A DNA stretch of 64,000 bases from Thermoanaerobaculia bacterium (GCA_038245905.1 JBBRRY010000019.1:1-64000); one strand, 5' to 3'; shown: positions 10,422 to 20,720, counted from the stretch's first letter. A program made the numbers and translations. Notes: generated by a model from the sequence alone, not told the origin.

Positions 10422-11860
10422 TCGATCTCCGTCGAGAGGACGCGGGCGGTCGCCCGCCCCCGGGCGAGTCGGAGGCGCACGGCGTCTCCCGTTTTCAGCG
10501 TCGAGGCGTCGGTCACCGGCGTCGTCTCCCCGTCCTTCGTCAGGATCGAATAGCCCCGCGCGAGGACGCGCAGCGGGCTCAGGGCCTCGAGTCGCCCGGC
10601 GGCGACGCCGAGCTTTTCGTGGGCGGACGCAAGCCGCGCCGCCATCCGGTCGGTAGCCGCCCGCCGCTCCTGCAGCGCGTGCTCCGCGAGGAACGGAAAC
10701 GCGGCGCGATCGGGCCAGGCGCGAATGATCTGCTCGAACGAGGAGATTCGGGAGGAAAGAGAAGATGGGATGCTGCGAAAGGAAGAAAGGAGGGCGGCCA
10801 CCGCAGCCGCCGCCGAGGCCCGCTCGCCGCGCACGCGCGAAGGGAACCCTCCGAAGGCCGGTGACGAATCCAGCCGCGAGAGCTCGATCCGCGCCGCGTT
10901 CTCTCTTCCTTTCAGAAGAAATCTCAGACTGCGGTCCGCCGTGCCGAGCCGTTCCTCGAACTGGGCGAGAGGGCCGACCACAATTTCCGCCGCCTGCGAC
11001 GGAGTGGCGGCGCGGACGTCGGCCGCGAGGTCCGTCAGTGTGACGTCCGTCTCGTGTCCGACCGCTGAGACGACGGGGACGCGCGAGGCCGCGACGGCCC
11101 GGACGACGGCCTCGTCGTTGAACGCCGCGAGGTCCTCCTTCGAGCCGCCGCCGCGCGCGACGATCAGGACGTCCGCGGAGCCCGGCACGCGGGAGAAAGC
11201 GCGAATGGCGCGAACGATCTCCCCAGGAGCCGCGGCGCCCTGGACGGAGGCGGGGTAGAGAGTCACGTGGGCGTTCGGAAACCGGGCGTCCAGCACCTTG
11301 AGAATGTCGTGCAGGGCCGCGCCGTGCCGGGAGGTCACGACTCCGATGCGTTGCGGCAGCAGCGGGAGCAGTCTCTTCTTCGCGACGTCGAACAACCCCT
11401 CTGCCTGCAGCCGGGCCTTCAGCTGCTCGAGGGCGAGCTGCAAGGCGCCGATGCCGGAGGGCTGGATTTCGATGATCCTGAGCGAAAGCTCGCCGCGCTC
11501 CGGGTAGACGTCCGGAGTGCCGCGAGCGAGGACAAGAAGACCTTCTTCGAGTGTAAAGGGAATGCGGCGGTAGTCGCTCGCGAAGACCTTCACGCGCAGG
11601 GTGGCGGCGCCCGATTCATCCTTCAAACAAAAAAAGCAGTGCCCGGACGCAGCCGGCCCCCGGAAACCCGAGACCTCGCCGCGGACCCATGCGTTCGGGA
11701 GGCCCGTGCGGAGCATTCCGTTGATCTGGGAGATGACCTCCGACACGGAGAGAGCCGTCGCATCCGGCCCCGAATCTCCGAGCGACATCTGGGTCTCGCC
11801 AACGCGGCCGGCGGCTACGCGGCGGAGCGTGTACGGGCGCGCGGGGATTCTCGACGACAT
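10418..11860 (-). CDS. xseA: Exodeoxyribonuclease VII large subunit
   Basis: WVRGEVSG...SGHCFFCLKD, ARGGGSKEDLAAFN, SAVGHETD, AATPSQAAE, LSPLRVLARGY. Confidence 0.95.
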   Translation of the reverse strand: MSSRIPARPYTLRRVAAGRVGETQMSLGDSGPDATALSVSEVISQINGMLRTGLPNAWVRGEVSGFRGPAASGHCFFCLKDESGAATLRVKVFASDYRRIPFTLEEGLLVLARGTPDVYPERGELSLRIIEIQPSGIGALQLALEQLKARLQAEGLFDVAKKRLLPLLPQRIGVVTSRHGAALHDILKVLDARFPNAHVTLYPASVQGAAAPGEIVRAIRAFSRVPGSADVLIVARGGGSKEDLAAFNDEAVVRAVAASRVPVVSAVGHETDVTLTDLAADVRAATPSQAAEIVVGPLAQFEERLGTADRSLRFLLKGRENAARIELSRLDSSPAFGGFPSRVRGERASAAAAVAALLSSFRSIPSSLSSRISSFEQIIRAWPDRAAFPFLAEHALQERRAATDRMAARLASAHEKLGVAAGRLEALSPLRVLARGYSILTKDGETTPVTDASTLKTGDAVRLRLARGRATARVLSTEIE

Positions 11861-11869
11861 AGGGCGATT

Positions 11870-13024
11870 CTAGTCGGCGGCCGCCGGACGGGCACGCCCG
11901 ACGAATGGGATCGTCGCGACGACGAGCGTCGCCATGAGGACCTCGACGTCGCCGAAGTTGTACTCGAACATCCCGGCCGCGAACACCCCGGCCATCGCGC
12001 CCATCGCGCCCAGCGTGACGCCCCGGAGCGGCTCACCGCGCACGAGGGCGCGCACCTGTCGGAGCGCCGCCGCGAAGAAAGCGCCCACGAACCAGAGATA
12101 GGCGAGCAATGACGGGATCCCCGTCTCGGCGGCGATCATCACGACGTTGTTGTGGAGGTGGCCTGGCCGGGGCTCCACCCAGCCGCTCACGCGGTAGGCG
12201 GGATACAGCGCCTTCACGCGGCTCGGACCGACTCCGAAGAGCGGCCGCTCCCGGATCATCGCGGCGCCGGCCCTCCACATCGCGACGCGGTCGACCATCG
12301 TGACGTCCTTCGGATTCGCGGCAGACATGAGACGTTCGCGTACGGCGAACGGCATGAGGACGAAGAAGAGCGCGATGACGAACGGCGCGGCGAGGGTGAG
12401 GCGCGGGCGCGCGGCCAGGAGAACGACGAAGAACCCGACGGCGAGACCCAGATACGCGCTGCGCGTGAGGGTCAGCGCGATCGCGCACGCGCCTGCCGCC
12501 GCGACGATCGCGTCCGCGAAGCGCGCGATCCGGCCGCCTCCGGAAAGACCCCGGCTGCCGAGAAGCGGCACGAACACGAGGAGAAGGCCCGCATATGTCA
12601 TGTACACGGAGAGCCCGCCTGCCACGCGCAAGTCGAGGTTGTCGGCGCCCGCGAGCCACTCGACGAGACCGCGCAGCACGAGGTAGAGGGCGGTCGTCCG
12701 CCAGAGGTCGACGACGAGACGCACGTCGTGCTCGTCGTCCAGCAGCGCGGCCACGAAGACGACGAGGAGAAACGTCCCGAATCCCTTGATCTGGATGAAG
12801 GAGCGGGAGGGAAGCGTCGAGAACGCGCACGACAGGATCGAGAGCAGCACGAACGCGCCGATGGGGGCATGGAGGGGGGTCGTGCGCCGGAACGGGCCGA
12901 GGAAGTCCTCTCCGCGCGCGCGGGCCGAGAGACGCCACGCGAGCGTGCAGAACAGGGTCGCTCCGAGACAGATGTTCGCGACGCCGATGCCGGGGACGCA
13001 CCCCACACCGAGAAGGAAGAACAC
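11870..13024 (-). CDS. O-antigen ligase (Wzy_C/WaaL) family membrane protein; start may extend to CTG 13081
   Basis: Multi-TM; LTLTRSAYLG, RVAMW...ERPLFGVG, HLHNNVVMIAAETG. Confidence 0.85.
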   Translation of the reverse strand: MFFLLGVGCVPGIGVANICLGATLFCTLAWRLSARARGEDFLGPFRRTTPLHAPIGAFVLLSILSCAFSTLPSRSFIQIKGFGTFLLVVFVAALLDDEHDVRLVVDLWRTTALYLVLRGLVEWLAGADNLDLRVAGGLSVYMTYAGLLLVFVPLLGSRGLSGGGRIARFADAIVAAAGACAIALTLTRSAYLGLAVGFFVVLLAARPRLTLAAPFVIALFFVLMPFAVRERLMSAANPKDVTMVDRVAMWRAGAAMIRERPLFGVGPSRVKALYPAYRVSGWVEPRPGHLHNNVVMIAAETGIPSLLAYLWFVGAFFAAALRQVRALVRGEPLRGVTLGAMGAMAGVFAAGMFEYNFGDVEVLMATLVVATIPFVGRARPAAAD

Positions 13025-13088
13025 GAAGGCCGCGCGCTCCCAGCCTCTTCGGCGCGTGATCGGTTCGGGAAGGAGCTTCAGGGGAGGA

Positions 13089-13346
13089 TCAGGCTATCCG
13101 GGCGTCCGCCGGAAGAGCCTCCTCGACGAGCATGACCGGGATGTCTGAAACGATCGGGTAGACGCGCCCGCACGCCGCGCACGAAAGCCCTTCGGTCACG
13201 ACGGGCTCTTCGTCCTTCAGGCTCTCGCGGTACTTCTCGACGACGGCTTTCGCGACGTCGGCCTTCAGCGAGCAGAGAGTCACCGGCGGCCGCGCGTCGC
13301 AGGCGGGGCACGCGAGGATGTCGAGGAGTTCCTTGTCGACGGCCAT
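13089..13346 (-). CDS. Trm112-family (UPF0434) protein
   Basis: LLDILACPAC...CAACGRVYPIVSDIPVML. Confidence 0.85.
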   Translation of the reverse strand: MAVDKELLDILACPACDARPPVTLCSLKADVAKAVVEKYRESLKDEEPVVTEGLSCAACGRVYPIVSDIPVMLVEEALPADARIA

Positions 13347-13375
13347 GCGGCGATCCTAGCAGGATTGCCTCAGCT

Positions 13376-14170
13376 TCAGCTCGCCAGCTTCTCCTGGATC
13401 GACGTGATGGCTCGGGCCTTTCCCGTCGCCTCGTCCACGTCCACGATCGCGCCGCACATGCGGACATCCCGGGTCGCGGTCTCCATCGAGCGCGGGGTCT
13501 GGTAGAGAAATTTCTCGAGGATGGCCTTGGGGTCGAAACCGATGATGCCCTCGTACGCACCGGTCATGCCCGCGTCGCCCTGATAGGCCGTGCCCTTCGG
13601 CAGGATGCGCGCGTCCGCCGTCGGAACGTGGGTGTGCGTGCCGATCACGAGCGATGCCCGGCCGTCGAACCACCATCCGATCGCCTGCTTTTCGGAGGTC
13701 GCCTCGGCGTGGATATCGACGAGGACGACCTTGAGGTCCGGCCGTTTCGCCTTCATTTCCGCGAGAACCTGATCGCCGACGCGGAACGGCGAATCGGTGT
13801 TCGCCATGAAGACCTGGCCCTGAAGATTCAGGACGCCCACGGGAATCCCGGACGGCGTGTCCTGGATCGCCCATCCGCGCCCGGGGTTACCGGGCGGGTA
13901 ATTCGCGGGGCGCAGCAGGTTCTCGAGGTCGCCGAGGAGCGGCACGAAGTCTTTCTTGTCCCAGATGTGATTGCCCGAGGTGAAGACGTCGATCGGCAGC
14001 TTCGAGAGGTCCGCGAAGAGCTCGGCCGTCACGCCGAAGCCCCCCGCCGCGTTCTCGATGTTCACGACCGTGAAGTCGATGTGCTCCCGCCCGATGACTT
14101 TTTCGAGAAGAGAAAGCGCCTTGCGGCCAGGCTTTCCCACGACGTCTCCAACAAACAAGAGCTTCATCAA
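13376..14170 (-). CDS. ymdB: YmdB-like metallophosphoesterase (TIGR00282)
   Basis: GDVVGKPG, ENAAGGFG, TSGNHIWD, DIHAEATSEK, GTHTHVPTAD; directly after rny. Confidence 0.93.
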   Translation of the reverse strand: MMKLLFVGDVVGKPGRKALSLLEKVIGREHIDFTVVNIENAAGGFGVTAELFADLSKLPIDVFTSGNHIWDKKDFVPLLGDLENLLRPANYPPGNPGRGWAIQDTPSGIPVGVLNLQGQVFMANTDSPFRVGDQVLAEMKAKRPDLKVVLVDIHAEATSEKQAIGWWFDGRASLVIGTHTHVPTADARILPKGTAYQGDAGMTGAYEGIIGFDPKAILEKFLYQTPRSMETATRDVRMCGAIVDVDEATGKARAITSIQEKLAS

Positions 14171-14198
14171 CCGGCCCCGACCCCTCTTATCTTTCTCA

Positions 14199-14220
14199 TT
14201 ACCCTTCTAAGAAAATCTTC
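14199..14220 (+). repeat. Dispersed motif copy TTACCCTTCTAAGAAAATCTTC (rny-ymdB spacer)
   Basis: Near-identical to copies at 63458, 63377 (minus), 42073 (minus), 48505 (minus) and 31878. Confidence 0.7.
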
Positions 14221-14236
14221 TCTTTTCTCTTCTCTT

Positions 14237-15859
14237 CTATTTAGCAAAATCTACTGCTCTCGTCTCCCGGATGACGGTGATTTTGATCTGGCCGGGGTAC
14301 TGCAGCTCGGCCTCGATGCGCTTCGCGAGATCCTTCGACATCCAGAGGCATTCGTCGTCCGTGATCTTCTTCGCGTCCACGATGACGCGGAGCTCGCGGC
14401 CGGCCTGGATCGCGAACGTCCGCTCGACGCCCTTCATTCCGTCCGTCATCTTCTCGAGCTTCTCGAGGCGCTTGACGTAGGTCTCGAGGATTTCGCGGCG
14501 CGCGCCAGGGCGGGCGGCCGAGATGGCATCCGCCGCGTTCACGAGAACCGCCTCGATCGTCCGCGGCTCGTAGTCGCCGTGGTGGCACTCCATGCCGTGG
14601 ATCACCGCCTCGGTCTCGCCGTACTTCTTCAGGATCTGCCGCCCGAGCTCGAGGTGCGTGCCCTCCTGTTCCCGGTCGATCGCCTTCCCGATGTCGTGCA
14701 GAAGGCCCGCGCGCTTCGCGACCGTCACGTCCGCGCCGAGCTCGCTCGCGAGGTGGCACGCGGCCCAGCCGACTTCCTTGCTGTGCTGGAGGACGCTCTG
14801 CCCGTAGCTCGTCCGGTACTTGAGCCGTCCGAGCATCTTGACGACTTCCGGGTGCAGGTCGGCGATGCCGAACTCGAACGCGGCCGCCTCGCCCGTCGTT
14901 TTGATGTCCTGCCAGAGCTCCTCACGGACCTTCTCGACGACCTCCTCGATGCGGGCCGGGTGGATGCGCCCGTCCTGGATGAGGCGCTCGAGGGCGCGGC
15001 GCGCGACCTCGCGGCGGATCGGGTCGAACGAGGAGAGGAGGATCGCCTCGGGCGTGTCGTCGATGATGATGTCGACGCCCGTCGCGGCCTCGACGGCGCG
15101 AATGTTCCGGCCCTCGCGCCCAATGATTCGCCCCTTCATGTCGTCCGACGGCAGGTCGAGGACCGAGACGGTCGTCTCGACGACGTGCTCGGACGCCATG
15201 CGCTGAATCGTCATCGAGAGGAGGCGCTTCGCCTTCCAGTTCGCGCTCTCGACGGCGTCCTCCTCGATGCGGCGGACGAGGCCCGTCGCCTCGAGCCGCG
15301 CCTCGTTCTCGAGCTCGCGGATGAGGTCCCGCTTGGCCTGCTCGGCCGTCAGGCCCGCGATCTTCTCGAGCTTCTCGTGCTGCTCCTGAATCGCGGCTTC
15401 GGCCTTCTTCTCGGCCTCGGTTTCGATCTCCTCGAGGCGCTTCTCGCGCTTCGACAGGTTCTGGGCGCGGTTCTCGGAGTCCAGCTCGCGCTTCTCGGCG
15501 TTGACGATCTTCTTGTCGAGGGATTCTTCCTTCTGAAGAAGCCGCTTCTCCTGGTCCAGGAGCTCGGCCCTGCGTTTGACGGCCTCCTGTTCGGCAGTTT
15601 CACGAGCCTTGAGCGCCCGCTCTTTCGCGTCGAGCTCGGTCTTCTGGGCGGAGGCTTCGGCGCGGCGCACGGCGGCCTCCGCGGCGAGCTTCGCCTCCTC
15701 GAGCTTCTTGCGGGCCTCGAGCTCGGCTTCGGCCATCGCGATGGAGGCCGTTCCCCGGGTTTTCAGGGCCCAGATGAGGATGCCCACGGCGAGTGCCGCG
15801 AGCACGACCTCTAAGGCAATAATTTGAATGGAGTTCACGGGTCGGTCCCCCTCGATCAA
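14237..15859 (-). CDS. rny: Ribonuclease Y
   Basis: N-terminal TM, coiled coil, KH (MKGRIIGREGRNIR), HD (AGLLHDIGK), AIQAGRE. Confidence 0.97.
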   Translation of the reverse strand: MIEGDRPVNSIQIIALEVVLAALAVGILIWALKTRGTASIAMAEAELEARKKLEEAKLAAEAAVRRAEASAQKTELDAKERALKARETAEQEAVKRRAELLDQEKRLLQKEESLDKKIVNAEKRELDSENRAQNLSKREKRLEEIETEAEKKAEAAIQEQHEKLEKIAGLTAEQAKRDLIRELENEARLEATGLVRRIEEDAVESANWKAKRLLSMTIQRMASEHVVETTVSVLDLPSDDMKGRIIGREGRNIRAVEAATGVDIIIDDTPEAILLSSFDPIRREVARRALERLIQDGRIHPARIEEVVEKVREELWQDIKTTGEAAAFEFGIADLHPEVVKMLGRLKYRTSYGQSVLQHSKEVGWAACHLASELGADVTVAKRAGLLHDIGKAIDREQEGTHLELGRQILKKYGETEAVIHGMECHHGDYEPRTIEAVLVNAADAISAARPGARREILETYVKRLEKLEKMTDGMKGVERTFAIQAGRELRVIVDAKKITDDECLWMSKDLAKRIEAELQYPGQIKITVIRETRAVDFAK

Positions 15860-15934
15860 TCAATTTTTCGAGGGTGAGCCGGGTCGAACGCTAGACGAGC
15901 TCCCGAAAGCGTCTCTCGATGCGAGCAAAGGAAA

Positions 15935-16113
15935 GGCGCCCCGCCTCGGCCGTGTGGGAAAAGTCGATTGAACCCATCAAAAGACAGGGGGAATCCCCGG
16001 GGCAGACCATTAGTTCCCCCGAAGGGGCGTCACAGGACGGCCCGTGTGCGGTGATTCCACGATAGAAATATCGGTTCAAAGACATATCCCATTCACGCAC
16101 CGCGCAGGGTGCC
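15935..16113 (-). ncRNA. ssrS: 6S RNA
   Basis: About 179 nt rod: 5' GGCACCCTGCG pairs with 3' GCGGGGCGCC; TGGGA/TCCCA and TTGAACC/GGTTCAA inner helices; canonical zapA-6S-rny synteny. Confidence 0.85.
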
Positions 16114-16461
16114 AATCGATTCGCTGCCGGCCCTCGCCGGAATGACCCGAGGAGACGATTTCAGGAGCTCGTCGAGTTTTTCGACGAGGCGTGTCGCGCG
16201 CTTCGCGGCATGCCCCGGATCACCCTCGGAGCCTGACTTGGAACGAAACTGGTGAAATTCGTCCGAGATGTTGAGTGCCGTCAGGATGGCGATCTTGGCA
16301 GCGTCCACCGTCGGTGCGTGCTCGGAGACCTCGCGCATCTTCTTGTCGACGAACTCCGCGAGCTCCCGGATATACGCGGGATCACCCGCTGCCCGGACGG
16401 AGTACGTCTGGCCGAAGATCTCCACTTGCGTGACGGACGGTCTGGGCGCCATTTTTCTCAC
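16093..16461 (-). CDS. zapA: Cell division protein ZapA
   Basis: VEIFGQTYSVR...ELAEFVDKKMREV...ILTALNISDE. Confidence 0.92.
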   Translation of the reverse strand: MRKMAPRPSVTQVEIFGQTYSVRAAGDPAYIRELAEFVDKKMREVSEHAPTVDAAKIAILTALNISDEFHQFRSKSGSEGDPGHAAKRATRLVEKLDELLKSSPRVIPARAGSESIGTLRGA

Positions 16462-16504
16462 GCGGCGACCGGTTCGCGCCGCGTCCCGAGAATAACACGC
16501 GGGG

Positions 16505-16798
16505 TCAGGCCGGACGGCTGGTCGCGTTCGACTCTTCGAGCGTCTTCAGGAGGCCCTCGATGCGTGCCCGGACGGCGGCTCGATCCGCCTCGTGCTTCTG
16601 CAGGGCCGCGACGGCTCCGCCATTCTTCTCGCTCGCCTCGCGTGCCGACGCGAGCTCGATCTTCAGGCGCGCGTTCTCCCCGGAGAGTCCCTTCACGACC
16701 TCCACGAGCGATTCCACCCGCGACTCGATTGCGTCGAGGACCTCGTCGAGAGAGTGCGATTCCGTCTTGCCTTCGCTGCGGCCCCTGGTCTCTTTCAC
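16505..16798 (-). CDS. ZapB-like coiled-coil protein
   Basis: Short coiled coil (ENARLK...VRARIEGLL) between pheT and zapA. Confidence 0.7.
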   Translation of the reverse strand: MKETRGRSEGKTESHSLDEVLDAIESRVESLVEVVKGLSGENARLKIELASAREASEKNGGAVAALQKHEADRAAVRARIEGLLKTLEESNATSRPA

Positions 16799-16808
16799 AT
16801 GGTCCTCC

Positions 16809-18941
16809 TCAAGCTTCTTCCTTCACGCCGTCCACCTTAGCCCCGGGTAGCGCTCGGAGGCGCCGCACCGCCGCGTCCCGCCACGCGTTCACGTCGTCTC
16901 GAGCGAGCGAGCGCTGCGGCGAGCCGAAGCGGAGCGTCAGGGTCGTCTTTATGAATCCGTCCGGGACGCCGGGGCCGCGGTAGCGGCCCTTCGCCTCGAC
17001 CGCGACGAGCTCCGCGGGCGCACCGCCCCGGACCGCTCCCTCGAGCGCGCTCCACGAGGTCGCGAGCGGATGGGCCACGGTGAGATCCATCTCGCTGCCG
17101 GGAAACTTCGACGGCGGCTCGACGGACGTCTCGACAGGCGGCAGCGCGGCCGCGAGAACGCCGAGGTCGAGGTCGGCGACAACGGAATCGGTCAGGTCCC
17201 AGGAAGCGGCGAGGGCCGGCTCGAGGACGCCGACCCAGCCGGCAGGGACTCCCCCGACCTCGATCGACGCGGCGCGCCCGGGAGCAAGGAAGGAGAAGAG
17301 AAGACTTTCTTTGAAGGTGAAGAGGGCCGGAGGCTCACCCAAGCCAAGTCCTCTCATCAGAGCCGCGGCAATTCCCGCCCCTTCGAAGAAATCCGAATTC
17401 GCCGCCTCCGCCTGCGACCAGTGGCGGCTTCTGGCGCCAGCGAGGAGGATACCGACTCTTGCTCTCTCGGAGACTCTCCCATCCCCTCTTGTCTTCTCCT
17501 CAGCAGAAATCTTCTCCGGATTCCAGCCGAAGGCCGTTCCGACCTCGAAGAGCGCGAGGTCGCTCTGGCCGCGCCGCACGTTGTGCTGCGCGCTCTGGAG
17601 AAGCCCGATGACGGGCGTCGCGCGCATCGTCGTGAACGGCTCTCCGAGAGCGTTCTCGACGACGACCGGCGCCCCGGGGGCGGCGGACTCGAACGGGAGA
17701 TTCTCCGAGGCCGCCACGAACGAGTAGGTCTGGCATTCGAAGAGCCCGAGCCCGGCGAGGAGATCGCGCGCGCGATCGGGGACGAGAGCCGACGGCCGGG
17801 GACGCGCCGGGGCGTAGGGACGCGGCAGCGTCTCGGGCAACCGGTCGTACCCCTCGCAGCGGATGACTTCCTCGATGAGGTCTTCCTCGCAGGTGATGTC
17901 GACGCGCCACGATGGGACCGTCACGCGGACTCGATCGCCCTCGCGGGCCGGAGAGAAGCCGAGCGCGGCGAGGATCTCGAGGACGCGCGCCGCGGGAATG
18001 TCCAATCCGAGGAACGCCGTGAGGCGGGAGAGGCGAAGCTTCTGCGTGGGCGCTGCGGGCTCGTTCGCGCGGGCGTCGATCGTTCCCTTGCAGAGCGTGC
18101 CCCCCGAGTCCCCGAGGATGAGGCGCGCGGCCCGGTCGAGCCCGTCGCGCGTCGCCTCGAGGTCCGCCCCTCGTTCGAAGCGGTGAGAGGCGTCCGTATG
18201 CATCCCCAGGGAGCGCGCTGTCTTACGGACGGCGCCCGGGTGAAAGTGCGCGCTCTCGAGGAGGATGCGCGTCGTCTTCTCCGAGATCGCCGTCGCGAGT
18301 CCCCCCATGACGCCCGCGAGCGCGACGGGCCTCTCGGCGTCCGCAATCACGAGGTGCTGCGGCGTGAGCTTCCGCAGGGCGCCATCGAGCGTCACGAGCG
18401 TCTCCCCCGCCCTCGCCCGCCGTACGACGATCGTCGGGAGGCCGTCGTCCCCGTTCGCGAGCGTGTCGAGGTCGAAGGCGTGAAGCGGCTGCCCGATGTC
18501 CCAGAGCACGTGGTTCGTGGCGTCCACCGGCGCCGAGATCGCTCCCGAGCCCAGCGCGGCCAGGCGTTCGCGCACGGCGGCCGAAGCGGGTCCTACGCGG
18601 ATCCCCTCGATCACCCGCGCGGAGTATCGCGCGCAGAGAGTTGGCTCCTCGACGAAGACACGCGCCCGCGCATCAGCAGGCGTCGCTCCTTCATGCAGCG
18701 GCGGGGCAGCCGGCTCGGCGAACGCGCGGCCGAGCGCGACGGCCGCTTCGCGCGCGAGGCCCCTGTGATTCATGGCGTCCGGACGGTTCGCCGTGATCTC
18801 GACGTCGTAGACCGTCGACGCGCCCTCGCCCTCGACTCCCTCCACGATGAAACCGACGGCCGTCAGACGCTCACCGAGCGCCTTCGGGTCCGGCGGCGGG
18901 CCCGGAAGGTACGAGGCGATCCAGGCATACGAGAACTTCAC
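16809..18941 (-). CDS. pheT: Phenylalanine-tRNA ligase beta subunit (short form)
   Basis: GTG 18941 (MKFSYAWI); VEITANRPD, GQPLHAFD, LAGVMGG, TDASHRFERG, VPSWRVDI...DLIEEV. Confidence 0.95.
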   Translation of the reverse strand: MKFSYAWIASYLPGPPPDPKALGERLTAVGFIVEGVEGEGASTVYDVEITANRPDAMNHRGLAREAAVALGRAFAEPAAPPLHEGATPADARARVFVEEPTLCARYSARVIEGIRVGPASAAVRERLAALGSGAISAPVDATNHVLWDIGQPLHAFDLDTLANGDDGLPTIVVRRARAGETLVTLDGALRKLTPQHLVIADAERPVALAGVMGGLATAISEKTTRILLESAHFHPGAVRKTARSLGMHTDASHRFERGADLEATRDGLDRAARLILGDSGGTLCKGTIDARANEPAAPTQKLRLSRLTAFLGLDIPAARVLEILAALGFSPAREGDRVRVTVPSWRVDITCEEDLIEEVIRCEGYDRLPETLPRPYAPARPRPSALVPDRARDLLAGLGLFECQTYSFVAASENLPFESAAPGAPVVVENALGEPFTTMRATPVIGLLQSAQHNVRRGQSDLALFEVGTAFGWNPEKISAEEKTRGDGRVSERARVGILLAGARSRHWSQAEAANSDFFEGAGIAAALMRGLGLGEPPALFTFKESLLFSFLAPGRAASIEVGGVPAGWVGVLEPALAASWDLTDSVVADLDLGVLAAALPPVETSVEPPSKFPGSEMDLTVAHPLATSWSALEGAVRGGAPAELVAVEAKGRYRGPGVPDGFIKTTLTLRFGSPQRSLARDDVNAWRDAAVRRLRALPGAKVDGVKEEA

Positions 18942-18942
18942 C

Positions 18943-20043
18943 TCAGCTCCACACGCGATCGAGGAAGCGGACGTCGTTCTCGAAGAAGAGGCGCAGATCG
19001 GGGACACCGTAGAGGAGGAACGCGATGCGGTCGATTCCCATCCCGAACGCGAAGCCGGAGTATTTCGCGGGGTCGATCCCTCCGTTTCGGAGGACGTTCG
19101 GGTGGACCATTCCGGCACCCATGATCTCGATCCAGCCCGAGCCCGAACAGGGCCGGCACGTGGCCCCGTTCGCGGTGCCGGTGCCCGAGCAAAAAACGCA
19201 CGACACGGCCACGTCCACTCCCGGCTCGACGAACGGGAAGAACGTCGGCCCGAAGCGTATCCGCGTCTCGGGCGTGAAGAGCAGGCGCGAGAATGCCGCG
19301 AGCGTGCCCTTGAGGTCGGCGAACGTGACGCCCTCGTCCACGGTCAGACCTTCCATCTGGTGGAACACCGGCGAGTGGCGCGGGTCGATGTCGTCCTTGC
19401 GGAAGACGCGGCCGGGGATGACGATTCGGATCGGAGGCTTCTTTGCGAGCATCGTCCGGATCTGCACCGGAGACGTGTGCGTCCGGAGCAGGAGCCGGTC
19501 CTTCCCTTCCCCGCCGTCTTTCACGAAGAACGTGTCCACAGCATCACGCGCCGGATGGTCCGGCGGAAAATTGAGGGCCTCGAAGTTGAGCCAGTCCGAC
19601 TCGACCTCGGGCCCTTCGGCGACCTCGTACCCAAGCGACGCGAAGGCGCTCTCGATGCGGCGCCGCACGACCGTCAGCGGGTGCAGCCGGCCCACGCGCG
19701 GAGCGCGCGGCGGAAGGGTGACGTCGACGGCCAGGGCCCTTTGCTTCAGGGATCGTTCGAAGAGAAGAGACTTTTCTTCGAGTGAAGAGAGGGCCACCTC
19801 TGCCTCGCGCTTCAGTGCGTTCACCGCGGCGCCGGCCGCGGCCTTCTCGTCCTTCGGAAGATCCTTGAGGAGCTTCAGAAGATCCGTGACCATCCCCTGC
19901 TTCTGGCCCAGCCAGCGCACGTGGAGCGCGCGCACATCCGCCGGGAGGAGGCCCATCGGTGACGAAGCCTTCTCCTCGGCAGTCTTAAGCTCCTCGAAGA
20001 AAACTCTTCGTTTCTCTTCGACGGAGGCGAGCAGGTCAGCCAC
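18943..20043 (-). CDS. pheS: Phenylalanine-tRNA ligase alpha subunit
   Basis: HPARDAVDTF, LRTHTSPVQIR, HSPVFHQMEG, FPFVEPG, GFAFGMGIDR. Confidence 0.97.
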   Translation of the reverse strand: MADLLASVEEKRRVFFEELKTAEEKASSPMGLLPADVRALHVRWLGQKQGMVTDLLKLLKDLPKDEKAAAGAAVNALKREAEVALSSLEEKSLLFERSLKQRALAVDVTLPPRAPRVGRLHPLTVVRRRIESAFASLGYEVAEGPEVESDWLNFEALNFPPDHPARDAVDTFFVKDGGEGKDRLLLRTHTSPVQIRTMLAKKPPIRIVIPGRVFRKDDIDPRHSPVFHQMEGLTVDEGVTFADLKGTLAAFSRLLFTPETRIRFGPTFFPFVEPGVDVAVSCVFCSGTGTANGATCRPCSGSGWIEIMGAGMVHPNVLRNGGIDPAKYSGFAFGMGIDRIAFLLYGVPDLRLFFENDVRFLDRVWS

Positions 20044-20052
20044 CAGTCGTGC

Positions 20053-20442
20053 TTACGCGTTCGCGCTCGCGCTCGCGCCCGCCGGCAGCCCGAGAGCCGA
20101 CTTGGCGGAAGCGACGATGTTCGCGAAGCCCTTCGGATCCTCGACGGCGATCTCCGCGAGGACCTTCCGGTTCACGTCGGAGCCGGCCTTCTTCAGGCCC
20201 GCCATGAGCTTGCTGTAGCTGAGGTCGTGGAGGCGCGCGGCAGCGTTGATCCGAATAATCCACAGGCCGCGGAATTCGCGCTTCTTCTGCTTGCGGTCCC
20301 GCGTGGCATAAGCGAGCGAGCGCTCGACCTGCAGCTCGGCGATGCGGAAGCAGTTGTGCTTGGTGCCGTAATAGCCCTTCGCGAGTTTCAGGACTCGGAC
20401 GCGGCGATTTTTTCTCTTGGGTCCACGCTTGACGCGAGGCAT
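20053..20442 (-). CDS. rplT: 50S ribosomal protein L20
   Basis: MPRVKRG...LAKGYYG...[21 protein letters not shown]. Confidence 0.98.
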   Translation of the reverse strand: MPRVKRGPKRKNRRVRVLKLAKGYYGTKHNCFRIAELQVERSLAYATRDRKQKKREFRGLWIIRINAAARLHDLSYSKLMAGLKKAGSDVNRKVLAEIAVEDPKGFANIVASAKSALGLPAGASASANA

Positions 20443-20492
20443 GGCATTACTCCTTGTCTACTCTATTGGATCGTCTGGTCTCATCTCTCGGG

Positions 20493-20693
20493 TCAGGCGT
20501 ACGGAAGCATCGAGCGGACGTTCTTCGTGTCGGCCTTCGACACGAGAGCGGCCTTCTTGAGGCCCCGGAGGCGGCTCGAATTCTTCTTCGTGAGGATGTG
20601 GCGCTTCATTGCGTGGCTGCGCTTGAATTTGCCGGTTCCGGTCTTCTTGAACCGCTTCGCCGCGCCGCGATGCGTCTTTCTCTTCGTGGCCAT
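20493..20693 (-). CDS. rpmI: 50S ribosomal protein L35
   Basis: [20 protein letters not shown]...RHILTKK. Confidence 0.97.
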   Translation of the reverse strand: MATKRKTHRGAAKRFKKTGTGKFKRSHAMKRHILTKKNSSRLRGLKKAALVSKADTKNVRSMLPYA

Positions 20694-20720
20694 GTTCGGG
20701 GCTCCTTCTTGTCCCTGACT

